Assembly (NCBI GenBank): GCA_028715015.1
Contig: JAQTLF010000001.1
Span: forward strand, 29,243-93,242
Source: Candidatus Moraniibacteriota bacterium
GTDB taxonomy: Bacteria > Patescibacteriota > Minisyncoccia > Moranbacterales > GWC2-37-73
Length of the DNA stretch: 64,000 bases
Direction of reading: 5' to 3'
Below the pieces are notes generated by a model, which searched no databases, was not told where the DNA came from, and saw nothing but the letters and a program-made list of their open reading frames with translations. Positions 9,599 through 17,679 of the stretch are shown here, in pieces. How positions within the stretch are numbered: position 1 is the first letter of the stretch; each line of letters opens with the position of its first letter. The translations under genes and the position numbers were made by a program.

Positions 9599-9645
9599 CT
9601 TCATCATATACCCACAGTGATCATTGTCAAGCAAAAATACATAGA

Positions 9646-9725
9646 AAAAAGCCCCGAGCAGAACGCGTCTGTCGGGGCATTTGGTTTTTGGGCGACCCGC
9701 GGGGAACTTTCTCCCGCGGGCGCAT
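9646..9725 (-). terminator. Two GC-rich hairpins ending in a T-run (terminator or tiny RNA)
   Basis: CCCGCGGGAGAAAGTTCCCCGCGGG and GCCCCGAC...CTCGGGGC-TTTTTT; extended -10 TGCTATAAT just upstream. Confidence 0.6.
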
Positions 9726-9792
9726 TATTATAGCACATTTTTTTCAAAATTTTGCGGAGGCAGGGGATTTTCATCCGCTAGCCTTTCCGCGG

Positions 9793-9969
9793 TCAGATAT
9801 CAGTTATTGGATAGCATCCGCTTACGAAGTCCTCAGCCTCGTGCTGATGCATTCGCCGGCGACGGTTCTTGTCCCGCAGCAGGTTTCCATTTACCGGGCT
9901 GGCAATACAAGTTTGCCAGATTGGATTCAGGAACATCCAGGCGGGAAAGAGAAAATGAATTAGCATCAT
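9793..9969 (-). CDS. Small orphan ORF, 58 aa (MMLIHFLFPAWMFLNPIW...)
   Basis: Strong SD GAGGAGG immediately upstream; hydrophobic N-terminus then RRRR; below the ORF-track cutoff. Confidence 0.45.
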   Translation of the reverse strand: MMLIHFLFPAWMFLNPIWQTCIASPVNGNLLRDKNRRRRMHQHEAEDFVSGCYPITDI

Positions 9970-10038
9970 TCCTCCTCTTTGGCGAAAACAACTTCACTCT
10001 GAGGCGGCCCATTTTTTAGGGCGGCCGAGACCGGGGCG

Positions 10039-10167
10039 CTACTCGCGCTGGGTTATCCCAGGGATGTGGCCGGCGCCGGCAGGTCGGGCGATCAGGTCGT
10101 TCTTCTTGAAGTCGTCTATGTTTGTATCAAGGGTGTTACGGCTCCACGGCGGACTGTGATTCGACAT
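10039..10167 (-). CDS. Small orphan ORF, 42 aa (MSNHSPPWSRNTLD...)
   Basis: SD GGAGGT 5 nt before ATG; downstream of a near-consensus promoter. Confidence 0.45.
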   Translation of the reverse strand: MSNHSPPWSRNTLDTNIDDFKKNDLIARPAGAGHIPGITQRE

Positions 10168-10298
10168 GTTACACCTCCAGATTTAAAGTCACCATTCCAT
10201 TTTATTGGAAGGCGCTAACAGAAAAGTATTTACATTGTCTTTCAAAAAATTTCTTACAAAAATACCTTTCCCGTTAGTGCCTTCCAAACATATTGTCT

Positions 10299-10364
10299 TT
10301 TCCAAAGAGCTGTACACTATTTCAGTGTAAATTTGAGTATAGCGCACTTTTGCAATCCTGTCAA
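10299..10364 (-). promoter_or_regulatory. Sigma70 promoter followed by boxB-like hairpin and boxA-like sequence
   Basis: TTGACA(10364-10359)-17-TATACT(10341-10336); TACACT-GAAAT-AGTGTA; GCTCTTTGGAAA. Confidence 0.65.
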
Positions 10365-10424
10365 GGGTTAAAAGCTAAAATACCAATTTTTGGCTCAAAT
10401 AAAGTAAAATTTTAGCATAAATCT

Positions 10425-10530
10425 TAATATCAAAATCCAAATGTCAAATAAAATTCAAAAACCAAAATTTTTAAAAAGTATTTTAGAAATTGAGTCATTT
10501 ATTTAACATTTGTCATTGAGATTTTGGATT
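10425..10530. repeat. Degenerate heptamer hairpin element related to 19604-19765
   Basis: Shares AATGTCAAATAAAAT.CAAAA and TTGAGTCATTTATT...TTTGTCATT...TTTGGATTT. Confidence 0.7.
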
Positions 10531-11522
10531 TAGCGCATTATATACGCTGCCATTTCCACCAAGCGATTAGAATATCCCCACTCATTGTCATACCATCCCA
10601 CAATTTTGACTTGATTTCCCATGCTCATGGTCAAAGGCAGATCAACAATGGAAGAATGTGGATTCATTTTGTAGTCCATGGAAACCAGCTCTTTGGTGGT
10701 CGCATCCAAAATGCCATGCAGGCTTCCCTGAGACGCTTTGACAAAAGCCGCATTGATTTCTTCCACGCTTTTCGGAGTTTTCACTGACGCGATGAAATCA
10801 ACAATTGAAACAACCGGGGTTGGCACACGCAATGCGATTCCGTCCAGCTTGCCGTTGAGATGCGGCATCACCTTTCCCACTGTCTTGGCTGCACCTGTGG
10901 TGGTTGGAATGATTGAAAGAGCAGCAGCGCGAGCGCGACGCAAATCACGATGCGGCAAATCCAAAAGGTTTTGATCGTTGGTATATGAATGTGTGGTGGT
11001 CATGAACCCTTGCTCAACATCACAAAGATCATCCAAAACTTTGATCATCGGAGCCAAACAATTGGTAGTGCAAGATCCATTGGAAACAACCGCCTCGCCC
11101 TTGTACTCTTTTTCATTGACACCCAACAAATATACCGGCACGTCATCTTTTGGCGGCGCGGAAAGAACAACTTTTTTTGCTCCGGCAATGAGATGTTTTC
11201 CAGCCGAAACATTGTCCAAAAAAATTCCCGTGCAATCCAAAACAACATCCACCCCGAGTTTGGCCCAAGGCAAATTCGCAGGATCCTTTTCGGAAAAATA
11301 TTTCACCGGTTTTCCGTCAATGATGATCTCATTGTTTTCTTTGTCAACGACAACTTCCCTGCCATACACTCCATAGGAAGAATCGTATTTGAGCAGATGC
11401 GCACTTGTCTCGATATCAGTCAAATCATTGACCGCCACGATTTCCATCTCTTCTTTTTCAAAAACTATTTTCAGTGATGGTCTGCCAATGCGACCAAAAC
11501 CATTGATTGCAACTTTAAGCAT
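10530..11522 (-). CDS. gap: Type I glyceraldehyde-3-phosphate dehydrogenase
   Basis: VAINGFGRIGR, SNGSCTTNCLAP, IIPTTTGAA, WYDNEWGYS. Confidence 0.99.
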   Translation of the reverse strand: MLKVAINGFGRIGRPSLKIVFEKEEMEIVAVNDLTDIETSAHLLKYDSSYGVYGREVVVDKENNEIIIDGKPVKYFSEKDPANLPWAKLGVDVVLDCTGIFLDNVSAGKHLIAGAKKVVLSAPPKDDVPVYLLGVNEKEYKGEAVVSNGSCTTNCLAPMIKVLDDLCDVEQGFMTTTHSYTNDQNLLDLPHRDLRRARAAALSIIPTTTGAAKTVGKVMPHLNGKLDGIALRVPTPVVSIVDFIASVKTPKSVEEINAAFVKASQGSLHGILDATTKELVSMDYKMNPHSSIVDLPLTMSMGNQVKIVGWYDNEWGYSNRLVEMAAYIMR

Positions 11523-11616
11523 GCATGTAGCATGTATCATGTAGCATGTATCATGTATAAATGCACTTAATGCGCCATCCTATACATAATACTTGATACA
11601 AGAATACTTTATACTT
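11523..11616. repeat. Two-armed heptamer element (CATGTAK)n ... (ATACWWN)n
   Basis: CATGTAG CATGTAT CATGTAG CATGTAT CATGTAT, then ATACATA ATACTTG ATACAAG. Confidence 0.85.
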
Positions 11617-11622
11617 AATTTA

Positions 11623-11898
11623 TTAATTTCCTTCAATTTCCGTCAGATGCCAATGATTGCCTTGGATGGTTTTGATGTTGAATTTTGTTTTTTCCAAAAT
11701 GGTTCCCTTGGCGATGTTTTTGATTCCGAATTTCAAATTTTCAATGCTGATGTCTTCGACATGTTCATCAAGTCCGTCGTGCGCCAATGCGATCTGTCCG
11801 ATTTCAAGATTGACATGTTCGATCTGTGAAAGTTTCTCGCTCTTCACAATTTTCATGATGTCATCAACAATTTCCTTGGCCAACATAAAATCATGCAT
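11623..11898 (-). CDS. hypA: HypA-like nickel metallochaperone lacking the zinc-finger cysteines
   Basis: MHDFMLAKEIV...V.LEIGQ...LKF.....AKGTILE; no CxxC; adjacent to the hydrogenase. Confidence 0.8.
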   Translation of the reverse strand: MHDFMLAKEIVDDIMKIVKSEKLSQIEHVNLEIGQIALAHDGLDEHVEDISIENLKFGIKNIAKGTILEKTKFNIKTIQGNHWHLTEIEGN

Positions 11899-11903
11899 GA
11901 GTT

Positions 11904-11992
11904 CATGTAACATGTAGCATATAGCATGTAGCATTTGAGACACGAAGTTCCCATCCGCATTTTTGTTATATGTTATATGTTGTATGTTATAT
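11904..11992. repeat. Two-armed heptamer element (CATGTAG)n ... (TGTTATA)n
   Basis: 4 units per arm filling the hydrogenase-hypA spacer. Confidence 0.9.
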
Positions 11993-11994
11993 GA

Positions 11995-13257
11995 TTAGTG
12001 TACCGCACAACTGATGCACGGATCATAGGCACGGATGAAAGCGCGCATTTTTCTTTCCATAGCTTTTTCATCTTTGCTCAGAATTCCTGGAATAAATGCC
12101 GCGATATCATCTTCCAAATGTGTCAAAAATTGGGCAGTCGGAGTGATGATGTTCACATTTTTGATATATCCTTTTTCGTCGATGTCAACCCAATAATACA
12201 AAGTTCCGCGTGGCGCCTCGACGGCGGCGGCTGCAGATCCTTCACGAACGACATATTCCTTAGTGATGGCATTTTCCAAATTTGCATGCGTCAACTCTTT
12301 CAATAATTGCAATGAATCCTCAACGCAATGGATCACCTCTGTCATTTGATACAGCACGTTGTGGAATGGATTGTAGTCAGGCATGTTGAAATTCAAGCTT
12401 TTCAAAAATTCCCGTGCGCCGTGACTGAGTTTTTCATGGTTGTTATTGACTCGTGCAATGGCTCCAACCATGTAGCTTGTTTTTCCATCATGCATGACGC
12501 GTTTGATGATTTCTTTCGGCCGTTGGAATTCATGGAAGTTTTCTTCGAATTTTTGCACATCCACATGCAATCCCTTGTTGGAAACGACATCTCCATCATA
12601 GATGGCATATTCCCCTTTTGTTTTCAGACAGACATATTCCGTGGGACGACTGAAATCAGGAGTTTTGATCGTGCGGAAAAAGGCCGCCAATTCCAAAGTG
12701 ATCGGAAGTGTTTCTTGAGCCTTTAAAATCAAACTTTTCAATTCATCTTGGGTGGGAACTTTTTTGAATCCTCCAACTTCATTGGTGAGCGGATGCACCA
12801 CGCGACCGCCAATGACCTTGATGATTTCCATGCCATATTCACGAATCTTCACCGCCATCTTTGTCTGTTCCGGATAGGCTTTCACCAGATCCATGTCATT
12901 TTCAATGTCCAAAAAATCTGCCAACGACAAAAAGAAAAGATGCAGCGCGTGTGAATGGATGAACTGGGCATGCTCCATGACCTTCCTGAGTTTTTCAGTT
13001 TCCGGACTTACCTCAATTTTCATGGCATTTTCAATGGCTTTGATTGCAGTCAGGTTGTGCACCACCGGACAAATGCCGCAAATTCTTTGCGCGATTGTCG
13101 GCATGTCTTTGTAGTGCCTTCCCACCAAGACGCCCTCGATAAGTCTGATTCCTTCCTGCACTTCAAATTTGGCAGATTTCACATCTCCCTTAATAACACT
13201 GGCCATAAAACCAGTGTGTCCTTCAATTTTTGCAATGTGATTTATTTTTATATTCAT
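11995..13257 (-). CDS. NiFe hydrogenase large subunit, group 3b-like
   Basis: AKIEGH, L1 QRICGICPVVH, EAPRGTL, TPTAQ, L2 RAYDPCISCAVH-stop. Confidence 0.97.
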   Translation of the reverse strand: MNIKINHIAKIEGHTGFMASVIKGDVKSAKFEVQEGIRLIEGVLVGRHYKDMPTIAQRICGICPVVHNLTAIKAIENAMKIEVSPETEKLRKVMEHAQFIHSHALHLFFLSLADFLDIENDMDLVKAYPEQTKMAVKIREYGMEIIKVIGGRVVHPLTNEVGGFKKVPTQDELKSLILKAQETLPITLELAAFFRTIKTPDFSRPTEYVCLKTKGEYAIYDGDVVSNKGLHVDVQKFEENFHEFQRPKEIIKRVMHDGKTSYMVGAIARVNNNHEKLSHGAREFLKSLNFNMPDYNPFHNVLYQMTEVIHCVEDSLQLLKELTHANLENAITKEYVVREGSAAAAVEAPRGTLYYWVDIDEKGYIKNVNIITPTAQFLTHLEDDIAAFIPGILSKDEKAMERKMRAFIRAYDPCISCAVH

Positions 13258-13262
13258 AATTT

Positions 13263-13342
13263 CATGTAGCATGCAACATGTATCATGTAACAAGCACGGT
13301 TTTTTGAATTTTTGTTTTATGCTATATGTTATACGCTTTATG
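13263..13342. repeat. Two-armed heptamer element between hydrogenase subunit genes
   Basis: CATGTAG CATGCAA CATGTAT CATGTAA ... TGTTTTA TGCTATA TGTTATA CGCTTTA. Confidence 0.85.
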
Positions 13343-14129
13343 CAGCGTGGTCTTTTTCCCAATCTTCAACATCATCTTTTAATCCAAAAATTTCAGTCGT
13401 GTTTTCAAATTCGTCATCTGTCATCATTTGTTTCAAAGTCATTTTCATGGCTTTGACATTTCCTGTCGGACGGAGTCCTCGGCATCCTTGGCAGCCCATG
13501 CGCGCACTTGGGCACACAGCATCGCAACCTCCCAAAATCATCGGACCAAAACAAGGTTTTTTGTCCAACAACAAGCAGCGATTGCCTTTTTTCTTGCATT
13601 CCAAACAAACCGGACTGTCAGGAATTTCCGGAAGTTCGGTTCCCATCTTCACATTTGCCAGCAATATCGGAAAATATTTCAAAAATTCTTCTCCCGTGAT
13701 CGGACATCCAGGGAAAGTGAAATCAACTTTCACGAAATTGTCCACTTCCTGAATTTCCTCGTTTTCAATTCCTTGGATATATTTGTACACGTGCTTGATC
13801 GTCTGTTTTTGTTGTTGATAATTTTTGATCTCAGGAATTCCACCCATGGCTGCGCAGTTTCCAATCACCACCAAAAGCTTGCTTCTTCTGCGAAGTTCAA
13901 GCAAAGTTTTTTTATTGGCATCGGTGGCAGGATTTCCTTCCACAAAAGCGATGTCGATGCTTTCTCCGGCATCTTCTTCATCTTCCAAAAGCCTAAAATC
14001 AACCATTTCAACCTGACCCATCGCCTCCAGAAATCTTTCCCCCAAATCAAGCAAAGCAAACTGACAACCCTCACAGGAAGTCAAACTAACAATGGCAATT
14101 TTTGGTTTTTTTATTTCCAATTTTTCCAT
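13338..14129 (-). CDS. NiFe hydrogenase small (delta-type) Fe-S subunit, cytoplasmic
   Basis: LTSCEGC, GNCAAMGG, FPGCP, VCLECK...CFGP...GCDAVCP...CQGCRG; no Tat signal. Confidence 0.95.
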   Translation of the reverse strand: MEKLEIKKPKIAIVSLTSCEGCQFALLDLGERFLEAMGQVEMVDFRLLEDEEDAGESIDIAFVEGNPATDANKKTLLELRRRSKLLVVIGNCAAMGGIPEIKNYQQQKQTIKHVYKYIQGIENEEIQEVDNFVKVDFTFPGCPITGEEFLKYFPILLANVKMGTELPEIPDSPVCLECKKKGNRCLLLDKKPCFGPMILGGCDAVCPSARMGCQGCRGLRPTGNVKAMKMTLKQMMTDDEFENTTEIFGLKDDVEDWEKDHAA

Positions 14130-14227
14130 AACTTTTAAATACTTTTATTTTTATTTTCACATCAATAAGGCTATTGTAACATATTTTTTGGAAATAAAAA
14201 ACAGGAATCTTTTCAGATTCCTGTCTG

Positions 14228-14941
14228 TCATATTTCTCCCTTGGCAATTTTTAATGACCGCGGAAAATAATGCATGTCTTCAAAATCAATTCCGTTATCA
14301 CGGATCAATTTGCGTGTTTCGGAAAAAAGGCCTGAATGAAAATTTCCTCGCAACGTGTTTTCACTTTCTTTTTTTGAAGCTTTTTTCAAGACAAACCCAT
14401 AATGCACAAGCACCACATCATGAGGCTGCAAGTCATCCGAAAATGACAAGACATTGCGCATAGTAATAATGTTTTCGCCATCTTCATACACACCATGGAC
14501 ACGATCACCTTCGATACTCTCAATGCGCATAACCACAAGCATATGAGCAAAAAGAACTTTGCGAGCATAAATCATTCCCCAATCCTTACCATGTTCATTC
14601 AAAATTTCTGCCCATATTTTTTCCGCATGATGCTGACCGGAAAAAAAATGTATGATAGAGATTCCATCCACTGTCAGCCCGGAAACTTCCTTGATATGAG
14701 CATACACATCATACAAGGCATCTAATAAGCAAGAATCAGCATGTTCGGCATATTTCTTCTTCCATGCATTCATGGATTCAGAAAAACGAGCAAAATCAAT
14801 ATCGGTTTTCATTTCAGAAAACTTCTTCAAAATCAATTTGGCTTCCCGTCCACCATTGGTGGGAGAATCGGGACAACTACACATAACCAGATGAAGTATT
14901 TCCAGTCCGTCTGAGGTTATGAATTCTTTTTTAGTTAACAT
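14228..14941 (-). CDS. Hypothetical hydrogenase-associated protein with HypC-like C-terminal beta region
   Basis: LQPHDVVLVHYGFVL resembles the HypC GD.VLVH.G motif; N-terminal CSC; lies between hypC and the small subunit. Confidence 0.6.
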   Translation of the reverse strand: MLTKKEFITSDGLEILHLVMCSCPDSPTNGGREAKLILKKFSEMKTDIDFARFSESMNAWKKKYAEHADSCLLDALYDVYAHIKEVSGLTVDGISIIHFFSGQHHAEKIWAEILNEHGKDWGMIYARKVLFAHMLVVMRIESIEGDRVHGVYEDGENIITMRNVLSFSDDLQPHDVVLVHYGFVLKKASKKESENTLRGNFHSGLFSETRKLIRDNGIDFEDMHYFPRSLKIAKGEI

Positions 14942-14962
14942 AATTACGATCCCCCCTCTCTT

Positions 14963-15169
14963 TTAGTGATTTTTATCAAGCAAAGAAATAATTTCCATGG
15001 CTTCATCTTCTTCAAGTTTTTCCAAGATAATATTCTGTTGTGAAATAACAAAATCTCCGACAGCCAATTCTATCAGGGTTTTCAATTCTTGTCTATTGCC
15101 ATCATGATTCTCAACAACAACAGAATTTTCTTTTATTTCAATGACTTTTTTTGGCAAAGTTAGACACAT
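14963..15169 (-). CDS. hypC: HypC/HupF hydrogenase maturation chaperone
   Basis: MCLTLPKKVIEI...VGDFVI...EKLEEDEA. Confidence 0.9.
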   Translation of the reverse strand: MCLTLPKKVIEIKENSVVVENHDGNRQELKTLIELAVGDFVISQQNIILEKLEEDEAMEIISLLDKNH

Positions 15170-15180
15170 ACTTGCTTCGC

Positions 15181-15258
15181 AAAGTCTAAAGTTTCAAGTC
15201 TAAAGCTAAAAGCAACCTAAACTTTATAAACATTGCAACATTATAAACCTTATAACTA
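15181..15258. repeat. Two-armed repeat element in the fba-hypC spacer
   Basis: AAAGTCT AAAGTTT CAAGTCT AAAGCT ... ACTTTATAA ACATTGCAA CATTATAA ACCTTATAA. Confidence 0.7.
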
Positions 15259-15259
15259 T

Positions 15260-16126
15260 CTAAATCCTTCCGGCACTGCCGAAACTTTGCATTTTTTGGA
15301 TGATTGCAAGCTTGGCAGCCTCGCGGGCATCGCCCAAGACCTTGCGGATGTCAAAAGTCACGCTTGTGCCATTGTTGCAAGCGGTTTTCATGAGATTGTT
15401 CATAAAAGCAACACGGGTGGCTGTGTCGACATTGAAACAGCATATTCCGCGCTTGATGACTTCTTGAACGCGATCATTTTCCCAGTCAGAAGCGCCATGC
15501 AAAACCAAAGGCACACTCACCACTTTTCTGATTTCCTCTAGGCGGGCATAATCAGGCACACTGCGTTCTTTGAAAAATCCATGCGCGTTGCCGATGGCCA
15601 CAGCCAAAGTGTCTATGCCTGTCTGCTCAACAAAAATTTTCGCTTCGGATGGCACTGTCATATATTTATCCCAAATAATGTCAGTCATGTCAGTCTCTCC
15701 GATGTATGGCACACTTCCCAACTCTCCTTGCACGGTGATGTTTTTGTCTTTGCAATATTCCACAACTTGCTTGGTCAACATGGTGTTGTCTTCAAGACTT
15801 TTGCGAGAACCGTCATACATGACAGAATTGAAACCGATGTTCACACAGCGCTGCACAGCCTCAATGCTTTTGCCATGATCCAAATGAATTCCCACTGGAA
15901 CTTCCGGAGCATAAAATTCGGCAATGTTTTTCACAATATTATACAAAGCTCGTCCTCCTGCGTATTCCATACTTTTTTCCGTGATCTGGACAATGACAGG
16001 CGACCGTGTTTCCTTGGCTGCTTCCAGAATTGCCTGGGTCATTTCCAAATTGAGGGTGTTGAAAGCACCGACAGCATAACCGCCCTCCTGAGCTTTGAGC
16101 ATAATTTCTTTGACTGATGTAACCAT
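15260..16126 (-). CDS. fba: Class II fructose-bisphosphate aldolase
   Basis: YAVGAFN, IHLDHG, SVMYDGS, AIGNAHG, LVLHGAS. Confidence 0.97.
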   Translation of the reverse strand: MVTSVKEIMLKAQEGGYAVGAFNTLNLEMTQAILEAAKETRSPVIVQITEKSMEYAGGRALYNIVKNIAEFYAPEVPVGIHLDHGKSIEAVQRCVNIGFNSVMYDGSRKSLEDNTMLTKQVVEYCKDKNITVQGELGSVPYIGETDMTDIIWDKYMTVPSEAKIFVEQTGIDTLAVAIGNAHGFFKERSVPDYARLEEIRKVVSVPLVLHGASDWENDRVQEVIKRGICCFNVDTATRVAFMNNLMKTACNNGTSVTFDIRKVLGDAREAAKLAIIQKMQSFGSAGRI

Positions 16127-16225
16127 AAAATTTTAAATTCTAAGTTATAAATTTTAAATCAATTTCAAATGATTCAATTTTAAATTTAGTAATTTTAATT
16201 TGATTTAAAATTAAAAATTTAAAAC

Positions 16226-16999
16226 TTAAAATTGATTTGCGTTTATTATTTCTGCGATTTTGATAAATTCATTGGGAATCAGACTCTCACGACCGACCAA
16301 GACTCCATCCATGCCTGCATCAGTGCAAACCTGTTTGGCACTGGCAGCTTTCACGCTTCCGCCATACAAAACTTTTATTTTTTCCGCCACGGTTATGCCA
16401 TAGGCATCAGCAAAGATTCTTTTCAGCAAAATCTTGACCTGCATGATTTCGTCACTTTTGGGAATCACATCGCTGCCGACAGCCCAAACCGGTTCATAGG
16501 CCACCACGATCGAAGCCGCCTTGGCTGATGAAATGTCAGCAAAACCCTCCACGATTTGTTCCGCAATCACCTGCGATTCATTTCCGGCTTCCCTGTCTTC
16601 TTTTGTTTCGCCAACGCAATAAATCGGAACCAAACCATTTTTCAAAGCATTTTTTATTTTTGCATTCGCATCAACATTTGTTTCGCTAAAATATTTTCTT
16701 CTTTCACTGTGACCCACGATCACATATTGCGCTCCCAAATTTTTCAACATCGCAGCTGAAATTTCCCCAGTGTAAGATCCCCTGTCTTCCCAAAAAATGT
16801 TTTGTCCGCCAATGGCGACATTCTTGGTTTTGTTTTTTTTGACAAAATTTTCCACATGCACTGCGGGCGGACAAAGCACGACATCCAGATCGGAAATCTT
16901 TGACTTTTTCAATTCTTTTTTGAAGGATTCAAGATATTGGTCACGTTCAGCAATCGTTAGCAGGTTCATTTTAAGATTGCCGATGATTATTTTTTGCAT
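16226..16999 (-). CDS. tpiA: Triosephosphate isomerase
   Basis: GNLKMN, GHSERR, AYEPVWAVG, LYGGSV. Confidence 0.98.
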   Translation of the reverse strand: MQKIIIGNLKMNLLTIAERDQYLESFKKELKKSKISDLDVVLCPPAVHVENFVKKNKTKNVAIGGQNIFWEDRGSYTGEISAAMLKNLGAQYVIVGHSERRKYFSETNVDANAKIKNALKNGLVPIYCVGETKEDREAGNESQVIAEQIVEGFADISSAKAASIVVAYEPVWAVGSDVIPKSDEIMQVKILLKRIFADAYGITVAEKIKVLYGGSVKAASAKQVCTDAGMDGVLVGRESLIPNEFIKIAEIINANQF

Positions 17000-17019
17000 A
17001 ATATTTTTGTGATTCCTTC

Positions 17020-17652
17020 TTAAATTGCAGCAGCCTCATTTTTCTTGATGTTCAAATGTCTTTTCACAAACCAGACAACTCCAACAAACAAGATGGCGCC
17101 TATCACCAAATCAAATTTATGGAAATATACTCCCAAAGTGTCCCAATTGTCTCCCAATTTCAAGCCCAAATATCCCAAAGCATAGGTCCATGGCAAAGAA
17201 CCCAAAAACGAATAGACCACGAATTTTGCAAAATTCATTTTGGCAATCCCGGCAGGAAGCGAAATGAATGTTCTCACGACAGGCAACAACCTTGAAAAAA
17301 ACACTGCACCAGATCCATATTTAAGAAAAAAACGGTCAGCAATGTCCAGATCATGTTTGGTTATCAAGAAATATTTTCCATATTTTTCAATAAAAGTCCG
17401 ACCGCCATAAACACCGACCCAATAGGCCAGCACGCTGCCGATGACACATCCGATCGCACCTGCCAATGCAATCCCCCAAAGAGTGAAACGCCCCTGAGAA
17501 ACCAAAAAGCCGGCAAAGGGCATGATTATTTCAGATGGAAGAGGAATACACATGCTTTCAATCGCCATCATGATGGCCACTCCGGCATATCCAAACATGG
17601 AAATCCCTCCGATAATAAACACTGCCAAAACACCAATAATTTGCGTAATCAT
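17020..17652 (-). CDS. DedA family membrane protein
   Basis: ESMCIPLPSEIIMPFAG, SRLLPVVRTFISLPAG. Confidence 0.93.
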   Translation of the reverse strand: MITQIIGVLAVFIIGGISMFGYAGVAIMMAIESMCIPLPSEIIMPFAGFLVSQGRFTLWGIALAGAIGCVIGSVLAYWVGVYGGRTFIEKYGKYFLITKHDLDIADRFFLKYGSGAVFFSRLLPVVRTFISLPAGIAKMNFAKFVVYSFLGSLPWTYALGYLGLKLGDNWDTLGVYFHKFDLVIGAILFVGVVWFVKRHLNIKKNEAAAI

Positions 17653-17679
17653 TTTTTTATCTTTACAGGTTAATGTTAT

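Noticed and set aside
9690-10060. GC-rich stretch as RNase P RNA, tmRNA or tRNA
   Set aside because: GGAGAAAGTTC only loosely resembles the RNase P GAGGAAAGUCC motif and the matching 3' motif is absent; no tRNA-like ends or cloverleaf seen.
1766-13362. N-terminal extensions of rplJ, gap, hypA and the hydrogenase large subunit in the ORF track
   Set aside because: They are translations of the L10 leader or of CATG-containing heptamer arrays; conserved family N-termini begin at downstream ATGs.
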